In this document: piece by piece, positions 35,402 to 45,500 of the stretch | Layout: the number at the start of each line of letters is the position of its first letter | How positions within the stretch are numbered: the first letter of the stretch is position 1 | Source of the DNA: Bryobacteraceae bacterium | GTDB taxonomy: Bacteria; Acidobacteriota; Terriglobia; Bryobacterales; Bryobacteraceae | DNA: 64,000 bases | Reading direction: 5' to 3' | NCBI GenBank assembly: GCA_049508735.1 | Contig: JBELAO010000025.1 | Coordinates: 8 to 64,007 of the forward strand | Position numbers and translations under genes: made by a program | The notes under the pieces: generated by a model | What the model was told of the DNA's origin: nothing | The model's input: only the letters and a program-made list of their open reading frames with translations | Database searches by the model: none

Positions 35402-37543
35402 ATGCGAAGAGCGCTTGTCTTATTCTCGATCTGGCTGCTGGCGGTTTCCGCGCAACAGGGTGTTCCGCAAGGCGGCAGCAACTCGACCGGCCTCCCGCGG
35501 GGCACGGTGACGTTCAGCACCACGCGGCAGCTTGTGGTGGAGGACGTAATCGTCAAGTCTCAGAACGGCAAGCCCGTTGACAATTTGAAGGCCAGCGACT
35601 TCGTGGTCACCGAGGATGGCAAGCCGCAACAGATCAGCGTATTCGAGTTTCAGAAGCTGTCCGAGGAGGCGGTGCCGGTTCCGCCGCCCGCTTTACAGAA
35701 GCGGACGGAAGTTGCAGTGGCCGCGGCCGCGCCGGCGGTGAAGCCGCTGACGGCGGTCGAGATCGCGCCGGAAAAGCCGGGCGACCTGAAGTACCGGGAC
35801 AAGCGGCTGATGGTGATGTTCTTCGACATGACCTCGATGCCGATTCAGGACCAGATGCGCGCCCAGGCGGCGGCGCTGAAATTCCTCAACACGCAGATGA
35901 CGGCTTCCGATCTGATGGCGATCATGACGTTTGCGAGCGACATCAAAGTAGTGGAAGACTTCACCGACGACCGCGATCTGCTGACCCAGGACATCAAGAA
36001 ACTGGTGATCGGCGAAGGCCTTGGCCTGGATGAAACGGTTGCCGACGACAGCGCTTCCGATACGGGCGCGGCTTTCCAGCAGGACGATACCGAGTTCAAC
36101 ATTTTCAATACCGACCGCCAGCTTTCGGCGCTGGAATCGGCGGTGAAGATGCTGGCCTCGCTGAACGAGAAGAAGGCGCTGGTATATTTCGCCAGCGGCA
36201 TGACGCGCAACGGGCTGGATAACCAGGCACAGTTACAGGCCACCATCAACGCGGCCATCCGCTCGAACGTGTCGTTTTATCCTATCGACGCTCGCGGCCT
36301 GGTGGCGGCAGCGCCGCTGGGCGACGCCACCAAGGGATCGCCGGGCAGCCAGGCGATGTACTCGGGCAGCTCGGCGCGCGCCGGCGTGAGCAATTTCCAG
36401 GGACAGCAGGAAACGCTCTACACGCTGGCATCCGATACCGGCGGCAAGGCGCTGCTCGATAACAACGACTTATCGATGGGTATCGTGCAGGCGCAAAAAG
36501 ACATTTCGAGTTACTACATCATCGGCTACTATTCGGCCAACGAAGCGCTTGACGGCCGCTTCCGCCGGGTCAAGATTGCGTTGAAAGACAAGGAAACGGC
36601 GGCGCGTGTCGCCAGGCTGGATTACCGACAGGGCTATTATGCGAGCAAGGAATTCGGCAAGCTCAACACGACGGACAAAGAGCGGCAGTTAGCCGAGGCC
36701 TTGATGCTGGGCGATCCGGTAACCGATATTGATATCGCGGTGGAGATCGACTATTTTCGCCTGGCGCACGACCGCTACTTCGTGCCGGTGGTGGCGAAGA
36801 TTCCAGGCAGCGAATTGGAACTGGCGCGCCACGGGGGCGCCGAATCCACGCGCATCGATTTTATCGGCCAGGTGAAAGACTCGGCGGGCAAGATCGTGCA
36901 GAACGTGCGGGATATGGCCGACGTCAAGCTGAAAGGCCAGACTGCTGCCGATCTGGCCAAGCATCCGCTCGAATACGACACCGGTTTCACGCTGGCGCCG
37001 GGTAAGTACAATCTGAAATTCCTGGCGCGCGAGAATGAAACCGGCAAGATGGGAACTTACGAAATCAACTTCGCGATTCCCGATCTTACGGCCGATCAAA
37101 AGCTGCTGCCGATCAGCTCGGTGATCCTCAGCAGCCAGCGGATCGCGCTCGATGCGGCGGTGTTCAGCGCGGAGAAAGACAAGAAGCTGCTGGCCGCCAA
37201 TCCGCTGGTGGAGGGTGGCCAGAAGCTGGTGCCCAGCGTGACGCGCGTCTTCAACAAGAACCAGGAGATGTACATCTACCTGGAAGCGTACGAACCGGCC
37301 GCCAGCGCGACGGAGCCGATCGTCGCCAGCGTGGCGTTCTATCGCGGCAAAACGAAGGCGTTCGAATCGGCGCCGCTCGAAATCAGCCAGGGGCTCAACG
37401 ACAAATCGAAGGCGCTACCGGTGCGCTTCAGCCTGCCGCTGGGCAAACTGCAACCTGGGCGCTACACCTGCCAGGTGAGCGTGCTCAATCCCACCGCGCA
37501 GAAATTCGCCTTCTGGCGCGCGCCGATGGTGCTGGTGCAGTAG
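35402..37543 (+). CDS. VWA domain protein of the Acidobacterial TIGR03436 type
   Basis: N-terminus TFSTTRQLVVEDVIVKSQNGKPVDNLKASDFVVTEDGKPQQISVFEF. VWA MIDAS-like region MVMFFDMTSM…. Starts 4 nt after the receptor gene. Confidence 0.85.
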   Translation: MRRALVLFSIWLLAVSAQQGVPQGGSNSTGLPRGTVTFSTTRQLVVEDVIVKSQNGKPVDNLKASDFVVTEDGKPQQISVFEFQKLSEEAVPVPPPALQKRTEVAVAAAAPAVKPLTAVEIAPEKPGDLKYRDKRLMVMFFDMTSMPIQDQMRAQAAALKFLNTQMTASDLMAIMTFASDIKVVEDFTDDRDLLTQDIKKLVIGEGLGLDETVADDSASDTGAAFQQDDTEFNIFNTDRQLSALESAVKMLASLNEKKALVYFASGMTRNGLDNQAQLQATINAAIRSNVSFYPIDARGLVAAAPLGDATKGSPGSQAMYSGSSARAGVSNFQGQQETLYTLASDTGGKALLDNNDLSMGIVQAQKDISSYYIIGYYSANEALDGRFRRVKIALKDKETAARVARLDYRQGYYASKEFGKLNTTDKERQLAEALMLGDPVTDIDIAVEIDYFRLAHDRYFVPVVAKIPGSELELARHGGAESTRIDFIGQVKDSAGKIVQNVRDMADVKLKGQTAADLAKHPLEYDTGFTLAPGKYNLKFLARENETGKMGTYEINFAIPDLTADQKLLPISSVILSSQRIALDAAVFSAEKDKKLLAANPLVEGGQKLVPSVTRVFNKNQEMYIYLEAYEPAASATEPIVASVAFYRGKTKAFESAPLEISQGLNDKSKALPVRFSLPLGKLQPGRYTCQVSVLNPTAQKFAFWRAPMVLVQ

Positions 37544-37596
37544 GGCCAGCGGTGGCGACGTCGCGCCCTCCGCAAGGATCGAAAACTTGATATGCC

Positions 37597-38508
37597 TTAG
37601 TTCTCGGTCGGTGCCCTTGATGCTTTATCAACAACGAGGCGTTTCGTGTCGACGCGTTCGGGTACCAACTTGAGACCAAGGTCACGCACAGCCGCAAAGA
37701 TCGAAGCCAAACCGGAGTTCTCCGGTGCAGTATCTTCTGCTGACGTCGGCGGTCCGGGTTGTGAGGCTGTCAATTGGCCCGTGGGAGCCGGGAGTCCGCG
37801 AAGAGCAACCACGTCTTGTATGCTCATATTCAGCGTGATGTCAAACTCGCCCGGAAGTTCCGTGCGGTTTGTAACAGGCCGGTCCATCCACTTGGCAAAC
37901 AACCTCGCGAGCCCTTCCATCGTGGCTCCTATCACTTCAACATGACCATCGGGTGTAAACGAAAGGCTTCGGGAAATGGGAAGCACTTGTTCGGTGTCAG
38001 CAGTCGAAGCAGCGGTCGCTTTTGACTTCGTGAGGCGCACGCCATTCTTGCCGATCAACAATGCATATCCCCGAACCTCGTGCGCTTCCAGGTGCGCTGA
38101 CACTTCAAATCGCTCAGTCAGGAGATTCTTCAACATATCTGGGATCTGCTCCTTTCGAGCACCCGGCGGCAGCTTGGCAACAATATCGTAATGCGTGCTG
38201 TCCAGCCATTCGGGCCCGATGACTTCGCTGGGCTGCACCGAATATGCCCTAGCCAATAGGGCCCTCAGCGTTGCGTTGGAATAACTGACGCGACCCGCCG
38301 ACTCAGAGACGATTGCGGCGTCAGTTCGGTGCAGTCCACGGCCCGGATTACTGGAAAGAACAGTTAGTCTTATTGAGGCCACCTCAAACCGCGGCTCTGC
38401 CTCGGACGCCTGGCAGAATGCGGCGCCGGGCAAGTGGATCAGGGCGCAAAGCAGCAGGCAATTCGCCATCAATGCCAGCCGACCATCGAGAACGGATGTA
38501 TGATTCAT
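37597..38508 (-). CDS. TIGR03435-like (Solibacter uncharacterised) family protein
   Basis: FEVASIRL…GRVSYSNATLRALLARAYSVQPSEVIGPEWLDSTHYDIVAKLP…MLKNLLTERFEVSAHLEAHEVRGYALLIGKNG. The GC content is visibly lower than in neighbouring genes. Confidence 0.8.
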   Translation of the reverse strand: MNHTSVLDGRLALMANCLLLCALIHLPGAAFCQASEAEPRFEVASIRLTVLSSNPGRGLHRTDAAIVSESAGRVSYSNATLRALLARAYSVQPSEVIGPEWLDSTHYDIVAKLPPGARKEQIPDMLKNLLTERFEVSAHLEAHEVRGYALLIGKNGVRLTKSKATAASTADTEQVLPISRSLSFTPDGHVEVIGATMEGLARLFAKWMDRPVTNRTELPGEFDITLNMSIQDVVALRGLPAPTGQLTASQPGPPTSAEDTAPENSGLASIFAAVRDLGLKLVPERVDTKRLVVDKASRAPTEN

Positions 38509-38583
38509 ATCAACCTCCCTCGCGTATTCGAAATGTCGAGATGACGCTTTACGAATCCGGTCGGACAGCCCGCGCCACCGCGT

Positions 38584-40092
38584 TTACACTTTTCTGCCGA
38601 TGATGGCGTAATCCAGGCCGCCGAAGAAAGCTTGACGAAACGCGGTGGGCAGCTCCGCTAACGATGGCATCGAATCGACGGCTTGTTCCAGGCGCCGCAC
38701 CTCGAGGTCGCCAATGCCGAACTCGCTCAGATAGAAGCTTAGTAACTTATCGGGCACCGGGCGGGCGTGGGTCGGGTCCAGATAGAAGTAAGTCGCGAAA
38801 ATTGCGAGGCACTCGGGATTGGGCGTTTCGATGACGATGACGCCGTTGCGCGCGAGGCGGGTGGCGGCGAGGCGGATCATCTCCGGCAAGCGATCCGGCG
38901 GAAGGTGCTCCACCACCTGCGCGCAGAAGATGCCATCCAGCTCGCCTTCGCCGAGGCCGCGCAGGTAATCGAACAGGTCGGCGGCTTCGGCCGGCAGTCC
39001 CTTTTCGCGGCAGAGGGCGATCGATTCGAGGCTCGAATCGATGCCGCGCGCCGGCACGCCGGCTTCCCGCATGAGCTCGAGAAACTCACCGCGTCCGCAG
39101 CCGATGTCGAGCACGTTACCGCAATCCTTGAAATCGGCCACGTAGATGCGCTGGCCGGCGCGGACCCGCTCTTCGCTGCCGCGGAAGGCCTCGGCAAAGC
39201 GGGCGTAATCGAAGGCCAGCGAGGCAGCGGGTGGAGATGGCACGAGGGCCGCGCCCGCTTGCGGCACGGTGAGCGACTGAAAAGCGGCTCCGGTTCGCTG
39301 ACGGATGAGGCGCAGCTCCGTGTGGATCAGCTTGTCGAATTCCGCGCGCACGCGCTCCAGGTCGGCCCACAGGCGCTTCTGGATCTCCAGTCCGCGCTGG
39401 TCCAGGCGGACGGTGAAGTCATTGTGCTGGGAGCGCACGGCCTCTCGATAGTTGCTGTCCATTAAGCTGAGGCGGTACTGAAAGGCCCCGTCGAGATCGG
39501 CCACGCTGCGCAGAAACTGCATCTCGTTGGTGGCCAGCTTCTGTTCCCAGCCCACGCGCCATTGGGCCCAATGGTCGCGAATGTCGGAGAGCTCCTGGCT
39601 TTTGTCCCGCTCGCGTTTTTCCAGTTCTTCGACGCGGACCCGTTCGGCGGCAATTTGCTCGCGCAGTCGCTTCTCCAATTCTTCGCGGCGGACCTGCTCG
39701 GATCTTTCCAGTTCTACGCGAAGGCCGCGCTCGGCTGCGAGACGGTTGCCGAATTCGACCAGGGCGCGGTTGGATTGGTTGAGCGCCTCGAGAGCAGCGT
39801 CTACGCATGCGATGGCCTTGCGGTTGAATTCCACCTGCTCCCGCACGTGCCAGTCGAGGACCCGCGCCAACAAACGCTTCCAAGCCTGGACCAAGCGGTT
39901 GAGCAGTCCACCGGCGCGCGGGTTGACGGTACCGATGGCCGCCACCTTGCCAAGTGCGGCGTCGCGTGCGTGCACCAGGTCGTTCAGGTCGGGCAAGGCG
40001 ATATCCGTGCCGCCGGCCGCGGTCTCCGGGTTGCTTGCGCGCACGCGATCGCGCACGTCGCGCAAAATGGCGATCAGCTCAGCGCTTTCCAC
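38584..40092 (-). CDS. Coiled-coil protein with a C-terminal class I SAM-dependent methyltransferase domain
   Basis: N-terminal half is Glu/Arg-rich heptad-like (ELEKRLREQIAAERVRVEELEKRERDKSQEL). C-terminal half has VLDIGCGRGEFLELMREAG…GIDSS…LDGIFCAQVVEHL…LARNGVIVIETPNPE. GTG start overlaps the queF 3' end. Confidence 0.8.
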   Translation of the reverse strand: MESAELIAILRDVRDRVRASNPETAAGGTDIALPDLNDLVHARDAALGKVAAIGTVNPRAGGLLNRLVQAWKRLLARVLDWHVREQVEFNRKAIACVDAALEALNQSNRALVEFGNRLAAERGLRVELERSEQVRREELEKRLREQIAAERVRVEELEKRERDKSQELSDIRDHWAQWRVGWEQKLATNEMQFLRSVADLDGAFQYRLSLMDSNYREAVRSQHNDFTVRLDQRGLEIQKRLWADLERVRAEFDKLIHTELRLIRQRTGAAFQSLTVPQAGAALVPSPPAASLAFDYARFAEAFRGSEERVRAGQRIYVADFKDCGNVLDIGCGRGEFLELMREAGVPARGIDSSLESIALCREKGLPAEAADLFDYLRGLGEGELDGIFCAQVVEHLPPDRLPEMIRLAATRLARNGVIVIETPNPECLAIFATYFYLDPTHARPVPDKLLSFYLSEFGIGDLEVRRLEQAVDSMPSLAELPTAFRQAFFGGLDYAIIGRKV

Positions 40093-40480
40093 TTTTCCGC
40101 CTCCAGACGGCCGTCACCACGGTGCCGAGACCGCCGCGCGGGGCGAAATCGCCAACCACGGTGGCCGATAGCGGGTCGGCCGCTCTCACCACGTCGCGCA
40201 GCACCCGGTTCACGATGTTCTCCTGAAAGATTCCCACCTCGCGATATGCCAACAGGTACATTTTGTACGATTTCAGCTCCAGACAGCGACGCAGCGGAAC
40301 GTAACGCAAGACGATTTTGCCGAAATCGGGCAAGCCGGTCTTGGGACACACCGAAGTGAACTCCGGCATGACGATTTCGATCTCGTACGGCTCGCGGTAT
40401 TGGTTGGGCCAGGTCTCAATTTCGGGGAGTGGAACGCGCGTGCCGGATTCGGCGTGCGCATCGGTGTATTCGCGCTTCAT
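40079..40480 (-). CDS. queF: NADPH-dependent 7-cyano-7-deazaguanine (preQ0) reductase
   Basis: EFTSVCPKTGLPDFGKIVLRYVP…ELKSYKMYLLAYREVGIFQE contains the type I QueF catalytic Cys and QueF motif. Confidence 0.9.
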   Translation of the reverse strand: MKREYTDAHAESGTRVPLPEIETWPNQYREPYEIEIVMPEFTSVCPKTGLPDFGKIVLRYVPLRRCLELKSYKMYLLAYREVGIFQENIVNRVLRDVVRAADPLSATVVGDFAPRGGLGTVVTAVWRRKSGKR

Positions 40481-41697
40481 ACGAGAGCCTTCGAAAGCAA
40501 GTCGAGAAACAAGCCGACATCGGCCACCACGCCCACCGCCTGCCCGGTGCCGCGGTCGCTGACCTTGGTGGCGACGGCGGGATTGATATCCACGCAGACG
40601 ATGCGAACCCAGCTCGGCAGCATGTTACCAGTGGCAATGGAATGCAGCATGGTGCCGAGGCAGAGCACCAGGCCGGCGCCGGCGAGTTCGGCCGCGTAAG
40701 CGTCCTGCGCGGCGTTCATATCGGTGATCGTGTCTGGCAACGGGCCATCGTCGCGCAGGCTGCCGGCCAGCACGAACGGCACGCCCGCCTTCACGCATTC
40801 GTACAATATGCCCGCGCGGAGCCGGCCGGTCTCGACGGCCAGGGCAACCGAGCCAGCGTGGAAAATCGCGTTGATGGCGCGCATGTGGTTGCGGTGCCCG
40901 TGCTCCTCGAGGCGCCCATCGGCCAGGCGAACGCCCAGTGAGGTGCCGAACAGCGCCGCTTCCACGTCGTGAACGCCGAGCGCATTGCCACTCAGCAGGG
41001 CTTGCACGAAGCCCAGCCGGATCAGCGTCGACAATCCTTCCACTCCGCCGGTATGCACCACCACGGGCCCGGCCACCACCACCACTTTGAGGCCGCTCGA
41101 GCGCGTTTGCCGCACCAGTTCGGCGGTCTGGCGCACGGCGGTTTCCACTTGGCGCTCCGACGATATGCCGTTGGCCATGAAGGCGAACGAAAGGCGTCCG
41201 CGCTCTTTCGATTCCGGCACCACGCGAATGCCACGGAGCCCGGCCACGATGCGGTCGCCGCGGCGCAGGTCGCGCAGCCGCCGGCAGCGGGCGCGCCCGC
41301 CTTCCACCACCACCATGGCGTCCATGCGCTGGTTTTCCACCTCGATCCATTGCTCGCCGTGGCGCACATAGGTGCGGTGGTTGGTGGTGGAATAGAAATC
41401 CTCCGGCGCGCAGCGGTCGCGCTCCACTTCGCGGAGCTGGGCGTCGCTAGAGTCCACCGGCGCGCAGCCAAGCAGCAGCAGCGTTTCGATCAGCCGGTCG
41501 AGCGCGATCTGATCGTCGGCGGTTACCTTGAGCCGCAGATAGGACGGCTCGCTGTTGATGCGGCCGATGCGGAATTCCTCCACCTCGAAACGGCCGTGCT
41601 GCTCGACGACCGTATCGAAGATGTTCTCCATGATATGGGAGTCGATCAGGTGGCCTTCCGCTTCGACCACTTCCTGGAATGACATAGAATCTTCCAT
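40477..41697 (-). CDS. TIGR00300 / LOR-SDH conserved-domain family protein
   Basis: EAEGHLIDSHIMENIFDTVVEQHGRFEVEEFRIGRINSEPSYLRLKV…, then a Rossmann-like C-terminal part. Its stop overlaps the queF start (ATGA). The start could be ATG 41697 or 41685. Confidence 0.75.
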   Translation of the reverse strand: MEDSMSFQEVVEAEGHLIDSHIMENIFDTVVEQHGRFEVEEFRIGRINSEPSYLRLKVTADDQIALDRLIETLLLLGCAPVDSSDAQLREVERDRCAPEDFYSTTNHRTYVRHGEQWIEVENQRMDAMVVVEGGRARCRRLRDLRRGDRIVAGLRGIRVVPESKERGRLSFAFMANGISSERQVETAVRQTAELVRQTRSSGLKVVVVAGPVVVHTGGVEGLSTLIRLGFVQALLSGNALGVHDVEAALFGTSLGVRLADGRLEEHGHRNHMRAINAIFHAGSVALAVETGRLRAGILYECVKAGVPFVLAGSLRDDGPLPDTITDMNAAQDAYAAELAGAGLVLCLGTMLHSIATGNMLPSWVRIVCVDINPAVATKVSDRGTGQAVGVVADVGLFLDLLSKALV

Positions 41698-41782
41698 TGT
41701 AGCGTCGGCGGAAGCGGAAACCGGAAACACAGGACAAGTTAAGCGTGCCAACGTCCGCTTGCGGGCGCATGTCGGGCGTTCG

Positions 41783-42337
41783 CTACCGCAGTTTGCGCGC
41801 CCACTCGGCCAGCGCCGCCAGCAAACCCTGGATCGATTTCCCGGTGCGCTCGTCGGTCAAATTCCCCGCCGCGTCGAACTTCTGCGCCGCGCCGCCGATC
41901 ATCACTTCCGGCTTGTTCAGCGCGTGCATGTCGAGGAACACGAAGCACTGGCGCAAATTATATTGCGCCCTCGCCGATCCATACGGACCCGGCGAAGCGC
42001 CCATCACCGCGACCGGCTTGCCCTGCCAGCAACTATCGCCATAGGGCCGCGAGCCCCAGTCAATCGCGTTCTTCAGCACGCCGGGAATCGAGTAGTTGAA
42101 CTCGGGTGTAACGAACAGAATCGCGTCCGCCGCCCGCACCCGCGCTTTCAGTTCGGTGACGCGCGCCGGTGGCGACTCCTCGTCATCCTGGTTGTAAAGC
42201 GGGATGCCGGCGAGATCGAAAATCTCCACCCGCACCCCCTCCGGCGCCAGCGCCTGCGCCGCTCGCAGCGCAGCGCGGTTCAGCGAGCCTTTGCGCAGGC
42301 TCCCCGCAATCCCCAATACGGTCACTGTCGATTCCAT
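41783..42337 (-). CDS. NAD(P)H-dependent FMN reductase family oxidoreductase
   Basis: Start moved to the ATG at 42337 (MESTVTVLGIAGSLRKGSLNRA…). ADAILFVTPEFNYSIPGVLKNAIDW is the family signature. Confidence 0.85.
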   Translation of the reverse strand: MESTVTVLGIAGSLRKGSLNRAALRAAQALAPEGVRVEIFDLAGIPLYNQDDEESPPARVTELKARVRAADAILFVTPEFNYSIPGVLKNAIDWGSRPYGDSCWQGKPVAVMGASPGPYGSARAQYNLRQCFVFLDMHALNKPEVMIGGAAQKFDAAGNLTDERTGKSIQGLLAALAEWARKLR

Positions 42338-42374
42338 CAGTTGACTAAGATGCGCGCTAACACCGAAAAGATGC

Positions 42375-42495
42375 GCCGTGGCGCACGCACTCGTCGGTGC
42401 CGCGTCGGCACTCGTGCCGACGCAGGGCGCCGGCGGAAAAAAGAGGTGTCGAGAAGAGTCTCGACACGGCACGCACGAGTGCGTGCGCCACATGG
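42375..42495. repeat. Repeat cluster (family C double hairpin plus an inverted partial copy) in a divergent promoter region
   Basis: gtggcgcacgcactcgt (42378-42394) is the reverse complement of acgagtgcgtgcgccac (42475-42491). There are also hairpins gtcggcactcgtgccgac and gtcgagaagagtctcgac. Confidence 0.8.
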
Positions 42496-42578
42496 GCGGC
42501 CAGGATTTGGTGTTGGCTATATCGTGGCAAAGCTCCCTCCCAGCCGCGCACGCTATCATAAATAGGAAGACCTCCCGC

Positions 42579-45500
42579 ATGGCTGTCAAACCCGATCCAC
42601 AAATGGGCGTCAATAGCTGGCTCGAAGAAGAACTCTACCGGCAGTACCTTCTCGACCGCTCCGCCGTAGACGAAAGCTGGAAAGAAGTATTTGACTCGAG
42701 CGGCGGCGTCGCTGCCGCGCCGCAGCCCGCGCCTGCCAAGCCTTCCGCCTCCGGAGCGCCGTCGAAACCCGCACTCGAGCCGCCCGCCGGCGGCCAGTTG
42801 CAGCCCTTGCGCGGCGCCGCCGGTCGCATCGCCGAAAACATGGCGGCCAGCGTCTCCATCCCTCTCGCTACCTCGCAGCGCACCATCGCCGTCAAGGTGA
42901 TGGATGAAAATCGCCGCATCATCAACCAGCATCGCGCCGTCCTCGGCCTGAGCAGGGTATCGTACACGCACCTGATCGGCTGGGCGGTGATCAAGGCGCT
43001 CGAGGAGTTTCCCGGCCTCAACCAGGCATACGCGGAAAAAGACGGCGCGGCCTACCGCGTGGTGCATCCGCAGATCAATCTCGGCGTAGCGGTGGACGCC
43101 GCCGGCAAGGATGGCGCGCGCAACCTGCTGGTGCCCAACATCAAGAATGCCGGCGCGCTGAACTTCCAGGAATATCTGAGTAGTTTCGATGACCTGGTGG
43201 CCCGCGCCCGCACCGGCAAACTGGTCACCGCGGATTTTCAGTCGACCACCATTTCGCTGACCAACCCAGGCACGGTGGGTACTATGTCCTCCAGCCCGCG
43301 CCTGATGCTGGGCCAGGGCGCCATCATCGCCACCGGCGCCATCGACTATCCGGCCGAATACCACGGCACGGCCGCCGAAACCCGCGCCACACTCGGCATC
43401 AGCAAGGTGATGACCCTCACCTCCACGTACGATCACCGCATCATTCAGGGCGCCGAATCGGGCGCGTTTCTGGGCAGAGTGCAGGCGTTGCTCGATGGCG
43501 CCGACAGCTTCTACGAAGAGGTCTTCGATCATCTGAAGATTCCGCACCAGCCGGTGCACTGGGAAACCGACCGCCGGCCGGGCCTTCCCGGAGCCGCTTC
43601 CACGCGCACCGCCGAAATCGCCAAGGAAGCCGCCATCATGCAGATGATCAACGCCTACCGCGTGCGCGGTCATCTCATCGCCGACCTCGACCCGCTGGGC
43701 CACGAGCCCAGCTATCACGCCGAGCTCGACCCGGAAACATACGGTCTCACCATCTGGGATCTGGACCGCGAATTCCTCACCGGCAGCCTGGGCGAAGCCA
43801 TCGGCGAAGCCGGCCCCAAGCCACTCGCCACGCTGCGCGAGATTCTCGAGACGCTGCGCGAAACCTACTGCGGCAAAATCGGCTGCGAATACATGAACAT
43901 TCAGGTGCCGGAACAGAAGCGCTGGCTGCAGCAGCGCATGGAGCCGGAGAAGAACCACTGGCCGCTCGCTACCGAAACCCGTCAACGCATTCTGCGCAAC
44001 CTGATCGCCGCCGAAGGCTTCGAGCACTTCCTGCACTCCCGCTTCGTCGGCCAGAAACGTTTCGCGCTGGAAGGCGCCGAAACCGCGCTCGCCATCCTGG
44101 AAGAGATTCTGGAGCGATCGAGCGCCGGCAACGTCAGCGAGATCGTCATCGGCATGGCCCATCGCGGCCGGCTGAACCTGCTCGCCAACGTGGTGGGTAA
44201 GGATCTCAAGCAGATCTTCTCCGAGTTCGAAGGAGACATCGATCCTTCGAGCACCCAGGGCTCCGGCGACGTGAAATACCACCTGGGCGCGCACGGCGTG
44301 CGCCACTGCGAAAACGGCCGCGAGATCACGGTTTCGATCGCCCCCAACCCCAGCCATTTGGAAGCCGTCGACCCGGTGGTCGAAGGCATCGTGCGCCCCA
44401 AGCAGGACCACCTCGGCGACACCGCCCGCGAGCGCGTCATCCCGCTGCTGATCCACGGCGACGCAGCTTTCGCCGGTCAGGGCGTGGTGGCCGAGACGCT
44501 CAACCTCTCGCGGCTGGACGGCTATTCCACCGGCGGCACCATTCATCTCATCATCAATAACCAAATCGGCTTCACCACCTTGCCCGATGAATCGCGCTCC
44601 ACGCCTTATTCCACCGACGTCGCGCGCGGCGTGCAGGCGCCCATCTTCCACGTCAACGGCGATAGCCCGCAGGCCGCTGTCCGCGTGGCGCAGATCGCTT
44701 TCGATTACCGGCAGAAGTTCAAGACCGACGTGGTGATCGATATGATCTGCTACCGCCGCCACGGGCACAACGAAGCCGACGATCCCAGTTACACCCAGCC
44801 CATCCTCTACCGCAAGATCAAAGAGCATCCTTCGGTGGCGACGCTCTACGCCGAGCGCCTGGTGCGCGAGGGCGTGGCGACCGCCGAAGAAGTCGCGGCG
44901 ATCCGCCAGCAGGTCAGCCAGCGCCTGGCCGCCGGTTATGACGCCGCGCAGGAGCAGGCCGAGCGCTACGAGTTGCAGGAACTGAGCGCGGTGACTACGG
45001 GCGATATCTCCAGCTTCTGCCCTCGCACCGCCGTCAACCAGCAAGTGCTGGAGCGGGTGATTCGCGGTATCACCAATTTCCCGGACACTTTCCATGTGCA
45101 TCCCAAGCTGCGCGGCTTCCTCGAGAAGCGCCGCAACGCGATCGCCCAGGCCACCCCGCTCGATTGGGCGCTGGCCGAATCGCTCGCCTTCGGCACGCTG
45201 GCTCTCGAGGGCACCGCCGTCCGCCTCAGCGGCCAGGATTCCGGCCGCGGCACTTTCAGCCAGCGCCATCTCGCGTTCTACGATTTCGAAACCGGCAAGC
45301 GCTATATTCCCCTACAGCATATTTCGCCGGATCAGGCCCGTTTCGATGTCTATGACAGCTCCTTGAGCGAATACGCCGTGCTGGGCTTCGAATTCGGCTA
45401 CAGCGTGGCCGATCCGCTGACACTGGTGATTTGGGAAGCGCAGTTCGGCGACTTCGCCAACGGCGCGCAGATCATGATCGACCAGTTCATCTCCTGCGCC

